63,906 nucleotides of DNA. Origin: a virus. Lineage: Duplodnaviria; Caudoviricetes. This document shows positions 50,594-60,722 of the stretch, one piece after another; within the stretch, counting starts at the first letter, position 1; each line of letters starts with the position of its first letter. The notes beneath the pieces are model-generated. The model was not told the origin of the DNA. It saw only the letters and a program-made list of their open reading frames with translations, and ran no database searches. Position numbers and translations under genes: made by a program. Location: positions 1 to 63,906 of the IMG/VR virus record IMGVR_UViG_3300037325_000356. One strand, 5' to 3'.

Positions 50594-50986
50594 ATGGCTA
50601 CTATATGGGGTGATCCGTTCACTGTCTCAACCTTGCTATTACCGATTAAACCTGTATTATTAGACCCGGTGGATGAATGGGGGAACCCGATCGAGTCATT
50701 AGAAATAATGATAATACAGGCAAAATTAAAGGCATCAAAACGATTAAGAAGCGAGGCGGACATATCACTCCCTCTGCAAAGGCAGACGGTTCTATTTGAA
50801 GGTTTTGTCCTTAGTCAAAGTGTAGAATCGGAACTACTCGCAGGAACTAAAGGCACTGGAACTATTAACGGGCTTGTAGGTGAAATAAAACTTTTACCCG
50901 TAGGACAATCCTCTATTGGTTTTCTAACAAATCTGTTAGGAACCAAATTATTAATAGAGTTCAGCCAAACTGTAACAATTCTGTAA
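50594..50986 (+). CDS. Putative head closure protein
   Basis: DEWGNP motif and position. Confidence 0.5.
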   Translation: MATIWGDPFTVSTLLLPIKPVLLDPVDEWGNPIESLEIMIIQAKLKASKRLRSEADISLPLQRQTVLFEGFVLSQSVESELLAGTKGTGTINGLVGEIKLLPVGQSSIGFLTNLLGTKLLIEFSQTVTIL

Positions 50987-51007
50987 CCACATAGTGAGGA
51001 AAAAAAA

Positions 51008-52354
51008 ATGTCATTATTTCACGGGATTAGTGTAGCGACTTTAACGGAAAACCCTAGTATTACAGGTGGGAATGTAACGATCGGATTAGTCGGCACATCT
51101 TTTAAGGGTACGGGTTTAAAACTTTTTGTAAGTCTGGAAGAAGCCAAATTGTTTCTAGGCGATGAGTCGGGAAATAGTACATTGATTCCTGCTTTAACTA
51201 CTATTTTCCGATACGGTGCAGGACGGGTTATCGTTAGCAAAATATTAACAGATAACCCTACAACGTCACCAATTGCTGCAACATCTTTTATGTTTGACAG
51301 CGGCAACAAAATTAGACTACCGAATAAATATGTCTCAACTGTTGTTGTTAGTTCTACAGGTCAAGCTCCTACTGTTTACACTTTGACGACCGATTACACA
51401 GTTAATGGAGACAAAGGAGAGATAACCCGTGTTGTGGCTGGTACTATTCCAATGGGTGCAACAGTCGATGTTTCCTACGAAGTTCTAAACTATGTACCAA
51501 CATTAACAGCGGTTAATGCTGCGATCGCCGCGCTAGCAGATGCTGAAGGGATGCCCAATATTGGGGTTAAACCTAACATTTTAGTAGTACCAAATTATGA
51601 TGCGTTACCCGGTGTTGGAGGGATAATATCAAGTTCAGAGCAATTGTTAGTTATTGCATCTCAATTAAAAGCGAGAGCTTTGATGGATTCCCCGGCGGGT
51701 AGTTCTACCGACACTGTAATAACAAATCGAGACGGATTAACTGGCGTAATGGCTACCAATAATATTAGAGCAATATTGTGTCACCCGCGGCTAATAGCTA
51801 ACGGAAAATCGGAGCCGTTATCGTTAAATTTAGCAGGAATTATTGCCAGAACTGACAAACTACTTGGATATTGGCGATCGCCCGATAATCAGCCTTTAAT
51901 CGGTGTCAGTGGCATAGATCCGAGTCAGCAGATGTCTACATCATTTGTAGGAAGTGCAGACAATCAAGAATTAAACAGACGGGGAATATACACCGTTTGC
52001 TCCGTACCAGGACAGGGATTGTTTGGTTGGGGTTTGTGGAACTCATCATTTCCGGCTAATCCTGAAATAACGCAATATATCCCAATAATTGCTTTACAGG
52101 ATATTCTGCAAGAAAGACTCACTTTAACCGCGCTTCCTTTCTTAGGAAGTGAAAGGGGAGAGAGTACAATCAGTGCTATTAAAGAGCGATTGCTTTTTAT
52201 CCTAAACTCAGAAGAGTCTCTATCACCGGGTAGTGAGGTCTTCTATATACCAGGTAACAGCACACCAACTCTTTTAGCTTATGGCGTGAAGGTTTACCCT
52301 AAACTTCCCATCGAAAATATTGCGTTAACTATGACTTTGACCGTACCTGTGTAA
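51008..52354 (+). CDS. Contractile tail sheath protein
   Basis: FHGISV, IGLVGT, KPNILVVP, LAGIIARTD...YWRSPDN. Confidence 0.93.
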   Translation: MSLFHGISVATLTENPSITGGNVTIGLVGTSFKGTGLKLFVSLEEAKLFLGDESGNSTLIPALTTIFRYGAGRVIVSKILTDNPTTSPIAATSFMFDSGNKIRLPNKYVSTVVVSSTGQAPTVYTLTTDYTVNGDKGEITRVVAGTIPMGATVDVSYEVLNYVPTLTAVNAAIAALADAEGMPNIGVKPNILVVPNYDALPGVGGIISSSEQLLVIASQLKARALMDSPAGSSTDTVITNRDGLTGVMATNNIRAILCHPRLIANGKSEPLSLNLAGIIARTDKLLGYWRSPDNQPLIGVSGIDPSQQMSTSFVGSADNQELNRRGIYTVCSVPGQGLFGWGLWNSSFPANPEITQYIPIIALQDILQERLTLTALPFLGSERGESTISAIKERLLFILNSEESLSPGSEVFYIPGNSTPTLLAYGVKVYPKLPIENIALTMTLTVPV

Positions 52355-52389
52355 TTGAAAATCTAAATCACAAATAGGACTCAAAACAA

Positions 52390-52905
52390 ATGAATTTCTC
52401 TTTTACAAACGGAAGTATTAATCTGATAACACAATCAGGGAAAATCGGATTGCAGGGAGTCTGTAAGGAGTTTAAGTTGCCGACTTTGACTTTTGCGCTA
52501 GATGATGATATGCGATTAGGCTATTTTGGCACGGCTCCCGTTGTTACAGGGATGGAACCGATCGAAGGTTCTATAAAAATTGCAGGATGGTCTGATGACT
52601 GGGTTCGTGAATCTGCTAACTGGAAAGATGGTTTTCAATTTCAAATTATCGGCAGTTTGATCGGATTGCAGAGAGGAGTAAAAACAAACAGCACTCTCTT
52701 AATTGCTGTGAATGCTATTCCTTCCGAGCTTAGTTTAGGTGAACTAAAAGCGGGTGAAAGTATGGAAAGTGAAATTACGTATATGGCACACTATGTTAGT
52801 GTCAGTCGCAACAATGTCTCGCAACTAACAATAGATGTGCAGAACAATATCTATCGTATAGGAGAGAATGATCTGCTAGCACAATTTAGAGAGTCGATCG
52901 CTTAA
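52390..52905 (+). CDS. Tail tube protein (P2 FII-like)
   Basis: EFKLPTL, GELKAGE, IDVQNNIYRIGENDLL. Confidence 0.9.
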   Translation: MNFSFTNGSINLITQSGKIGLQGVCKEFKLPTLTFALDDDMRLGYFGTAPVVTGMEPIEGSIKIAGWSDDWVRESANWKDGFQFQIIGSLIGLQRGVKTNSTLLIAVNAIPSELSLGELKAGESMESEITYMAHYVSVSRNNVSQLTIDVQNNIYRIGENDLLAQFRESIA

Positions 52906-53888
52906 TGACAAACTTAAACCCGGTCGCAATTTGGACAAATAATCCCCGTCAATTACTCCCTACTGAGTATAACTTTGCTTCAAATTTTAACTCTCAAAAT
53001 CAAGACGTTTTAAACCAAAGCCAGTTTGTTAGAAGTCAACTCCAAAATCTCTCGACAATTTTAAATGCGATCGAATCTAAGAATTTAGAGTTATCAGCAC
53101 TGAATGCTGCTATTGTCTCTGTGAATAATCAATTAAGACTGGCAGATTTGACGCTAGAAAATGACGCAATAGCCGCGCGTGTAGATACAACTGCGGCAGG
53201 TTTTGCAACTATATCAGCAGCTAAACTAAATGCAGAAAATGAAACAACAGCAACAGAATTAGCTATAGGGAATATAACACTAGATACCAAAGTACAACGG
53301 TTAAATCCGCTCCTTACAGAACTAGCAGCACTCGGAAAATTTAATGATCGAAACTTGACTGTTTCCGGCGCTAATTCTTACAATTGGGCAACATATTCGG
53401 GGGTGCGGGTAAGACCTCAAATAGCGTTAGTGATGGAAAATCAAAATCAGGGAAGTAATGGCGGTGCTGTAGTCGCTAATACTTGGGGTAAACGAGAACT
53501 AAATACAATTAAATTCCTAAATGTAGCAAACGGGACGCTAAGCAACAACACTTTAACCTTACCCGCGGGTGATTATGTCGCGATCGGTTTTTCGACTTTT
53601 GCTGGCTGTGCCGCATCTAAAACTAAATTACAAAGAGGGCAAACAACGATCGGATTAGGAGCGTCTGGAAATGGTACAACAGACGGCGGAAATGTAGGAA
53701 GAATAACGAACAATCAAGCTCCTATTTATACTGCCTTCAATTTACAGGAAACAAGCGAGATAAGTTTAGACTTTTTGGCCACAAATAACCCGCCTTCTTT
53801 AAATTCGGCTACGCAAGGAAGAGCGGCAGGCATAGACACAGAGAATTATTCACAACTATTTCTGATTGCTGCAACACCATCTGTTTGA
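52905..53888 (+). CDS. Fibre-like virion protein (paralogue 2 of 3)
   Basis: Coiled coil, LTELAALGKFN, GSNGG...WGKRELNT...TLPAGDY. Confidence 0.65.
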   Translation: MTNLNPVAIWTNNPRQLLPTEYNFASNFNSQNQDVLNQSQFVRSQLQNLSTILNAIESKNLELSALNAAIVSVNNQLRLADLTLENDAIAARVDTTAAGFATISAAKLNAENETTATELAIGNITLDTKVQRLNPLLTELAALGKFNDRNLTVSGANSYNWATYSGVRVRPQIALVMENQNQGSNGGAVVANTWGKRELNTIKFLNVANGTLSNNTLTLPAGDYVAIGFSTFAGCAASKTKLQRGQTTIGLGASGNGTTDGGNVGRITNNQAPIYTAFNLQETSEISLDFLATNNPPSLNSATQGRAAGIDTENYSQLFLIAATPSV

Positions 53889-53897
53889 GTATTTAAT

Positions 53898-56800
53898 ATG
53901 CCTGATCTAAAAATTACAGTGACTGTAGATGATTCTGCTGTATCAGCTTTAGAAGGCAGACTAAGAGGGTTGTCTGGTGCTGCTAGTGGTGTTGGTGGTG
54001 TTGGAGGTTCGGCAACATCTCAGACTCAAAAATTCGGTGAAAGTCTGCAAAGTGTAGGCGGCGCTATGTCAACTTTGGGCGGGTTAACATTAGCAGCAAC
54101 TGCACCCGCAATAGCCGGATTTGGAGCGTCGGCAAAAGCCGCAATTGATTATGAATCCGCACTCGCAGATGTTCAGAAAATTTCAGATTTCAAGGCGGGG
54201 ATGGGTAGCGACTTCTCTAATGGTTTACTCGAATTATCGGCAAGTTTAGGGAGTGTTAACCCTAACGATTTGGCCGCTATATCGGCTGGTATGGTAAGAC
54301 CTGGGCAGAGTGCACAAGACCTGTTATTAGCATCTGAAGCCGTATCGAAAATGGGTGTAGCTTTCAATATGAGTGCGGCAGATTCCGGTAAAGCATTAGG
54401 CAAGTTATCCACAGCTTTTAAAGTGCCTGCACGGGATATGAAAACTTTTGTGGGAGGGCTTAACGAATTATCAAACAAGACAGGGATTGCAGGGAAAGAT
54501 TTAGTTAATTTTATGTCGAGTAGTTCTGAATTAGCGGGTAGAATGCCAGCAACCGACGTAGCGGCAATGGGCACGGCCTTAATTAGCGCGGGTATAGCCT
54601 CAGCTAGAAGCGGGCGATCTATCTCGTCTATATCCTCTAAGTTGATGATGGCTAGCAGCTTATCAAATAAAGCTAAAGCCTCTTTTAAAGATATGGGAGT
54701 AAGTGCTAAAGACTTGGAAGCTGATGTCTCAAAGCGCGGCGCACCGGCTATTGTTGACTTTTTAGAAAAAATCAACAAAATACCGACAGCCGCCAAAAAA
54801 ACCGAGGCATTGAATAACATTTTTGGTGCTGACTTTGCACGAACGGCTGGGGTATTAGCTAATAATTTGGGACAGGTTAGAAGCAACTTGAAAGCAGTTT
54901 CAGATCAGAAAGCGGTAGCCTCGTCAGTTGATAGAGAATATGCAGTCAGGCAAGCAACAACAGCTAACCAATTAAAAACATTTGGTGCAACAGCACAAAG
55001 AGTCGGGATCGCAGTAGGATCGGGGCTTTTGCCTGCTATTAATGACGTGGGAAAGGCGGTTCTGCCGATGGCTAATGAGTTTGCAAAATTTGCTACCGCT
55101 AACCCAGGTATTGTAAAAAATGCTGTAGCGTTTACTGGGGTTGCAGCGGCGGGCGGTTTGGCTTTAAGCGTCGCGGGTAGTCTCGCAACCTCGATCGGCG
55201 CGATCGCCACCGCAGCACCTATTATCGGAGGCGCGGTTGCAGGCATCGGAGGGGCGGTAGTAGGGGCGGGCGGCGCGGTAGTAGGTGCTGGCGTGGCAAT
55301 GGGCACCGCTTTGGTTGGTATCGGATCGGCCGCTGTGAGTGTTGGAGGCGCGGTAGTAGGTGCTGGCGTTTCGATGGGAACCGCTGTTGTTGGAGCGGCA
55401 ACAGGAGCCGCCACACTAGCAGGCAGTTTATTATCAATTCCAGCCGTCGGTTTGGCCGCAGCAACAGTCGCAGGTTTAGGCTTAGGTGTCGCCATCCACA
55501 AAGCGATTAACCCAGCAACCGATCTAAATACTATTATTCCTGATATAGGCTTAGGTGCTAAGCAATCGTGGCAAGATGTCAGCACTGCCGGATCTCAACT
55601 TTGGAGCGATTTAAAACTCGGAGGCAAACAAACATTAACAGATTTAGGAAGCGGTTTCACTTCAGTTAAAGATACTGTTGGATCGGCTTTTACAGGTGTT
55701 ACCGAGTCCGTCGGCTCTGCTTTTACAGGTGCTTTAACAAACGTGACCGGGTTTGTTACTTCGATCGGTACAAGTTTCTCGACTGTCGGAACTACTATCA
55801 GCACAGCTTTTTCTACAGTCGGAACCTCTATTAGCACAGCGTTTACAGGCGCTTTAACAAACGTGACCGGGTTTGTTACTTCGATCGGTACAAGTTTCTC
55901 GACTGTCGGAACTACTATCAGCACAGCCTTTTCTACAGTCGGAACCTCTATTAGCACAATCTTTACAGGATTAGGTTCAACTATTACCGGGTTTGTTACT
56001 TTGATCGGTACAAGTTTCTCGACTGTCGGAACTACTATCACTACAGCCTTTTCTACAGTCGGAACCTCTATTAGCACAATCTTTACAGGATTAGGTTCAA
56101 CTATTACCGGGTTTGTTACTTCGATCGGTACAAGTTTCTCGACTGTCGGAACTACTATCACTACAGCCTTTTCTACAGTCGGAACCTCTATTAGCACAAT
56201 CTTTACAGGATTAGGTTCAACTATTACCGGGTTTGTTACTTCGATCGGTACAAGTTTCTCGACTGTCGGAACTACTATCACTACGGCCTTTTCTACAGTC
56301 GGAACCTCTATTAGCACAATCTTTACAGGATTAGGTTCAACTATTACCGCTTTTGTTACTTCCGTTAGCACTGCATTTTCTACAATCGGAACCTCGATCA
56401 GCACGGCAATGAGTGCCGCAATGACTAGCGTACAATCTGCGGTTTCAGGGATGCAAACAGCCATATCGACTATGGCTTCCAGTATTCAAACAGCTTTTTC
56501 TACAATGGGTACAGCCATCAGTACCGCGATGTCCGGTGCTTTGACTGCCATACAGGCATCTATTACCAGTATTCAAAGCGCGATCTCTGCAATGGCAACC
56601 TCTATGCAGGCTAGCTTTGCTGCTGCGGGTGCGGCCATGCAATCAGGAATGACGGCGGCTGTTGCTGGCGTTCAAGCTGCTTTGACTGGGTTATCTTCAG
56701 CCGCTAGTGCTGCCGGATCAGCTTTAGCGGCCGCTGCAAATTCTGCCGTCGGAGCGTGGCAAGCTTTAGCAGGTGCTATTGGTGCAGCCGTTTCTGCTGC

Positions 56801-57125
56801 ACAGAGCGCCGCTACTGCTGTTGCTGGGGCGGCTAGTAGTGCTGCTAGTGCAGTTGCTGGTATTGCAGGCGGCGGTGCCAAGGGTGTGTCTAGCGGTGCT
56901 AAAGGCTTAGACGCTTCTCCTTCTCCGTTCCCTCGCTATACCGCACCCGGTGGCCTCGGAGGCGGTGCAACTAATATCAATTTCTCACCACAAATCGGAG
57001 TGAATGGCGTTTCCTCTTTCAATGCGAGGGATTTTATCCGCGAATTGCGATCGCATGAATCCGAATTTGCAAACTACCTTAGTAGTCTCACTAACAGACA
57101 AAATCGCTTTAAATATTCCGATTGA
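53898..57125 (+). CDS. Tape measure protein (TP901-like)
   Basis: AAIDYESALADVQK, Ala/Gly-rich, 11/18-residue aromatic periodicity. Confidence 0.95.
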   Translation: MPDLKITVTVDDSAVSALEGRLRGLSGAASGVGGVGGSATSQTQKFGESLQSVGGAMSTLGGLTLAATAPAIAGFGASAKAAIDYESALADVQKISDFKAGMGSDFSNGLLELSASLGSVNPNDLAAISAGMVRPGQSAQDLLLASEAVSKMGVAFNMSAADSGKALGKLSTAFKVPARDMKTFVGGLNELSNKTGIAGKDLVNFMSSSSELAGRMPATDVAAMGTALISAGIASARSGRSISSISSKLMMASSLSNKAKASFKDMGVSAKDLEADVSKRGAPAIVDFLEKINKIPTAAKKTEALNNIFGADFARTAGVLANNLGQVRSNLKAVSDQKAVASSVDREYAVRQATTANQLKTFGATAQRVGIAVGSGLLPAINDVGKAVLPMANEFAKFATANPGIVKNAVAFTGVAAAGGLALSVAGSLATSIGAIATAAPIIGGAVAGIGGAVVGAGGAVVGAGVAMGTALVGIGSAAVSVGGAVVGAGVSMGTAVVGAATGAATLAGSLLSIPAVGLAAATVAGLGLGVAIHKAINPATDLNTIIPDIGLGAKQSWQDVSTAGSQLWSDLKLGGKQTLTDLGSGFTSVKDTVGSAFTGVTESVGSAFTGALTNVTGFVTSIGTSFSTVGTTISTAFSTVGTSISTAFTGALTNVTGFVTSIGTSFSTVGTTISTAFSTVGTSISTIFTGLGSTITGFVTLIGTSFSTVGTTITTAFSTVGTSISTIFTGLGSTITGFVTSIGTSFSTVGTTITTAFSTVGTSISTIFTGLGSTITGFVTSIGTSFSTVGTTITTAFSTVGTSISTIFTGLGSTITAFVTSVSTAFSTIGTSISTAMSAAMTSVQSAVSGMQTAISTMASSIQTAFSTMGTAISTAMSGALTAIQASITSIQSAISAMATSMQASFAAAGAAMQSGMTAAVAGVQAALTGLSSAASAAGSALAAAANSAVGAWQALAGAIGAAVSAAQSAATAVAGAASSAASAVAGIAGGGAKGVSSGAKGLDASPSPFPRYTAPGGLGGGATNINFSPQIGVNGVSSFNARDFIRELRSHESEFANYLSSLTNRQNRFKYSD
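55720..56400 (+). repeat. 120-bp (40-aa) tandem repeat, about 5.5 copies, in the tape measure gene
   Basis: Near-identical sequence every 120 nt. Confidence 0.95.
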
Positions 57126-57130
57126 ATCCA

Positions 57131-57268
57131 CCAATACATGAGTCGGGTAAAAGGTAGATTAGAAGCGAGTCCTACCTGTAGAGGCTGTCGTTTGGATCTC
57201 TTACTAATAGTAAGAAGGTAAAAACGACAGACTCTACAGTAACGGTGAGGACTTCTAACCTCGCTTCT
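57131..57268 (-). repeat. Hairpin element copy 20 (inverted)
   Basis: Begins about 6 nt after the tape measure stop codon. Confidence 0.95.
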
Positions 57269-57745
57269 GAATACCTGAGAAAGCGTTACCTGAAAACTGG
57301 GCGGACAGTACACCCTATAACTCAAATGTCTTCTGAGATGTGTTCAATTTGACGATTAAGAACCTTTAGACTCGTTTCGATGGCAATATACGTTTGCCAC
57401 GATATCACGCGCTGTAGGTAGCAGAGATTAGGGCTTGACAGAAAGACAATCAAGAGAGATGATAAGTATGAAGGAAAAGACAACAGGACACCCGCCTAGG
57501 GATTGAAAAACTGCAAACAATAAACCCTGTTGTTTTTTCTTTCTCTTAAATTTAGTCCTTGACAAATTGACCACAGAGAGAGAGAATACAAAAGCCTGCA
57601 TTCCACTAATGCGTTGGCTAGCGATTGATACGGGGATAACTTCTGACACTTACCCGGATCGCTCTATTTCGTACCTCCTTCAAACAGAAAACCATCTAAT
57701 TCTTGCGGAATTAGATGGTTTTTTATCTGGATTGAACCGGACAAA

Positions 57746-57777
57746 AAAGCCATTATGGGAATTCCCATAATGGCTTT
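57746..57777. other. Perfect 32-bp palindrome (terminator or operator)
   Basis: AAAGCCATTATGGGAA|TTCCCATAATGGCTTT. Confidence 0.8.
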
Positions 57778-57801
57778 CAAGGTTAATCCCAGTATTGGGA
57801 A

Positions 57802-58581
57802 TTATCGATTATCAAAATAATTACAGATCGCTGTGTCTAACTCTTCAGTTACCCTGTAGACACCAATCAATCTTTGCGTACCATTGCACAAGCGCGACTC
57901 ATTTTTTCTTGCGTCTGTTCGGGAGATCGGGATAGCCATGCTGACTGCCTTCCCTAGTTCCGGTCGGTACTCTGTTACCATCGAGATCGGATAACCCAAC
58001 TGTTCGGCACGTTCGGCCACACCACACCAAACCTCGCTATCTTCAGCTTTAAGCGCGGGTTGACCGACTCCGAGCATATCCATTGAAAAGTCTTGTAGAT
58101 GCTGCTTAAATCGCGGGTTATTGATGTCTATTTCTAGCCTGTCCAATATTTTGAAAAGTTCCACTAAACGAATATCAGCAGGTGGAAGTTGTAGCGGTTT
58201 TGGTTCTGGCGGCGCGATCGGCTGTTCGACTTCATATTTCCCCGTCTTGCGGATACTGGGGATAACTTCTGCATGAATCCATCGGTTTAATGCTTTTCCT
58301 AGCTCAGTGCGAGAGCGCGAAACAAACATTGTCAGGGCGGGTTCTGACAGGATTAGCATATTTTGATCCCGCTCGATAGTGTCGGAGATGAGTTTGTTAG
58401 TAAAAAAGTCATCTCCCAAATCCTCCCGTATCATAGCTTCTACCGCCGTGACTGTTGTACTAGACCCGATCGCCTGCAATATATCTTTAGCCACAAACCA
58501 GGGTTCGCCATTGATCGTAACAATTCGGACTTGATTGCTTTCAAACTCAAACTCAAACTCAAACTTTGCTAGAAGAGACAT
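57802..58581 (-). CDS. BRO-N domain antirepressor-like protein
   Basis: VRIVTINGEPWFVAKDI...LSEPAL...WIHAEVIPSIRKTGKY. Confidence 0.92.
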   Translation of the reverse strand: MSLLAKFEFEFEFESNQVRIVTINGEPWFVAKDILQAIGSSTTVTAVEAMIREDLGDDFFTNKLISDTIERDQNMLILSEPALTMFVSRSRTELGKALNRWIHAEVIPSIRKTGKYEVEQPIAPPEPKPLQLPPADIRLVELFKILDRLEIDINNPRFKQHLQDFSMDMLGVGQPALKAEDSEVWCGVAERAEQLGYPISMVTEYRPELGKAVSMAIPISRTDARKNESRLCNGTQRLIGVYRVTEELDTAICNYFDNR

Positions 58582-58660
58582 AACTTACCTTGGGTGATGT
58601 TTTTAGAGGGGATAGGTTCGGCATGAATTAATGGGCGGTAAAGACCGCCCGATGTGTGCT

Positions 58661-59137
58661 TTAAATTAATCCTTTTGCTGTTGCCATTGCGATCGCCTGA
58701 GTGTGCAGACTTGAATCGAGAGAACCTTTCAAAATAGCGAGTCTATTTTTTTGGGGGATTTTTTGCAGTTGTTTCAGTTTTGCAACAATAGACGGATCGA
58801 CGTTATCTTCTGCAATAACCGGCGCGAGTTTGACGGGTTGTTGTTCGTCTTTGAAATGTCTCCGAACTTGCGATGGGAGATAGCAACAAAGCTCACCCGG
58901 CTGGAACTCTACTATCAACTCGCACCAACCGCCTATTCGCCAGTTGTGAGAGAAGAAATAGCCGATCTGGTTATCATGTTTACTGTCTGAGTTATCTATG
59001 ATAACCAGATCGCCCTGTTTGAACTTTTCCCAATCTTGCGTCAGATGTGAGGACACCATACGCTCTAAATGTGTGCACCGCCTTTGTAAATTATCGATCG
59101 TGTCTCTTTGGTTTCTTTCAACTTCAGATTCTGGCAT
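58661..59137 (-). CDS. Hypothetical protein
   Basis: Coupled downstream of the clamp gene; KOW-like FKQGDLVII. Confidence 0.65.
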   Translation of the reverse strand: MPESEVERNQRDTIDNLQRRCTHLERMVSSHLTQDWEKFKQGDLVIIDNSDSKHDNQIGYFFSHNWRIGGWCELIVEFQPGELCCYLPSQVRRHFKDEQQPVKLAPVIAEDNVDPSIVAKLKQLQKIPQKNRLAILKGSLDSSLHTQAIAMATAKGLI

Positions 59138-59141
59138 TGTT

Positions 59142-60302
59142 TTATTCTTGGATAGAGACGACTGCTATTATGTTGATCAACTCACCATGTAATGTTTGGC
59201 TAACGATTTTTACCATCGCCGGATTAAATAACAAATCACAAGTCTCCGCGGTTAGTATACTAACAGCAACCAGAGTGTAATCGAGATTTAACCTGACTGT
59301 ATAACCATCTGTTAGCGCGTCTTTCTTAAATCCCACTTCTTCTGTGAACAAGTCGGACTCATGCTCGATCAATATTTTCTCGGTGTCTTTCTCGAAAGTG
59401 AATTTGATAGTATTACTAACTACCAGCTTATTACTAGGGAGGAGGACTTTTGCTCGTTTGAGTGCTAACATCAGTGCTTTAGGTTCCACCGTGTAGGGAT
59501 TACTAAACGGCAGCGTTAACAGTCGCTCTATAGGCGGATAATTTGACCCGTCATTGAGACGAACTGCAAAAGAAGTATCTTCATGTGCACAGTGAAAGAC
59601 TGCTATAGAATCAGTGAAGTAGATAGCGATTTTCCCCGAAACTTTCAAGAGTTTACAAAGTGATAATACTTTTTGACCCGGTATTAAAACAGAGTAATTC
59701 TTCTCTGGCAGAATTGGGTAAACAACATTAACTGCTTGCCAGCGACTCGATCGCCTGGTATCCGTCCCCATTGTTGTTAGAGTTCGTTCTTCAACATTAA
59801 AGTTGATTTTTGCCGAACAATAACTTTGATTCTCAGCACTCAGAGACGGGTAAACGTTCAGCAATCCCTCACGCAAAACCTCACCTTCTAATTCGATACA
59901 GGTTGACGTTTGAGCGCCGCTCAAAATGTCTTCTGTTAGTGGGTAAAATCCTCTGGCATCTTCTGCACACGGTGATTTCCACTTCGATCGCCCTTGTTTT
60001 ATCAACAATTGCCCTTTATTTGGTGACACCAAATCAATTTCTGATTCTTTGTCTAGTCTTTCGACAATTTGCAAAAACTGAGGAGAAATAACCATCACTC
60101 CATCTGGCAAACTCTCTCCCCAATCTCGATCGCATAGAACTGTCTCGCTCGTTCCGTCAAAACTCGTCAGGGTTACGGTTCCTCCTGTCTTTGATAATTT
60201 AAATCCAGTTAACAGGATTTCTTCTGTAGACCCGCCCTTTGCTCGCTTTTGGCTCATCTTTAGAGCCTCAACGTCCGCTTTTATCTTTTTTACTGCTATC
60301 AT
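59142..60302 (-). CDS. dnaN: DNA polymerase III beta-clamp-like protein
   Basis: 386 aa; LTSFDG, MGTDTRRS, VLIPG, YPPIERLL, LNLDY. Confidence 0.8.
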   Translation of the reverse strand: MIAVKKIKADVEALKMSQKRAKGGSTEEILLTGFKLSKTGGTVTLTSFDGTSETVLCDRDWGESLPDGVMVISPQFLQIVERLDKESEIDLVSPNKGQLLIKQGRSKWKSPCAEDARGFYPLTEDILSGAQTSTCIELEGEVLREGLLNVYPSLSAENQSYCSAKINFNVEERTLTTMGTDTRRSSRWQAVNVVYPILPEKNYSVLIPGQKVLSLCKLLKVSGKIAIYFTDSIAVFHCAHEDTSFAVRLNDGSNYPPIERLLTLPFSNPYTVEPKALMLALKRAKVLLPSNKLVVSNTIKFTFEKDTEKILIEHESDLFTEEVGFKKDALTDGYTVRLNLDYTLVAVSILTAETCDLLFNPAMVKIVSQTLHGELINIIAVVSIQE

Positions 60303-60549
60303 TCACCACCTTTCTTTTTTGCTTCTTTAAGCTATCACGCGACAAAGGTTTATGTCAAGGGTTTCGGTAAAATATTTTTAAAACAGGCTCTAACCTTGAC
60401 CCCATATAGAACTGAGTTAGGAGTGAATGGCCCGATCGGTCAAGACAGACTCATCTAGCATTATTTTAGAGCTTGGTTAACTGTCTGGCAGTCAAACATT
60501 TTTACTACAATCGTACTATGCACATAGCTAGAACCTAGCAAAAATGCTT

Positions 60550-60690
60550 AGAAGCGAGTTCACAATTCCATCACCTTTACTGTTGTGTCTGTCGTTTCTA
60601 CCTTCTTACTATTAGTAAGAGATCCAAACGACAGACACAGCAGCTAGAACTCGCTTCTAATCTAACTTTTACCTGACTCTAGTATTGAGG
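60550..60690 (+). repeat. Hairpin element copy 21
   Basis: Same nested palindrome. Confidence 0.95.
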
Positions 60691-60722
60691 GATTTTGGCA
60701 AGAAAAAACCCGCGCGGGGCGG

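Noticed and set aside
54173-56881. Long antisense ORFs within the tape measure gene
   Set aside because: Shadow frames of an Ala/Gly/Thr-rich repetitive gene.
2468-57325. Many short ORFs containing YCRVC...LTISKRSKRQ or TFLLLVRDPNDRHSN
   Set aside because: They are translations of the hairpin element in several frames and strands, with inconsistent starts; not treated as genes.
57385-57420. About 35-bp inverted match to 29765-29798 (CTACAGCGCGTGATAT.GTGGCAAACGTAT)
   Set aside because: A real similarity, but only two short copies; too little to assign a feature.
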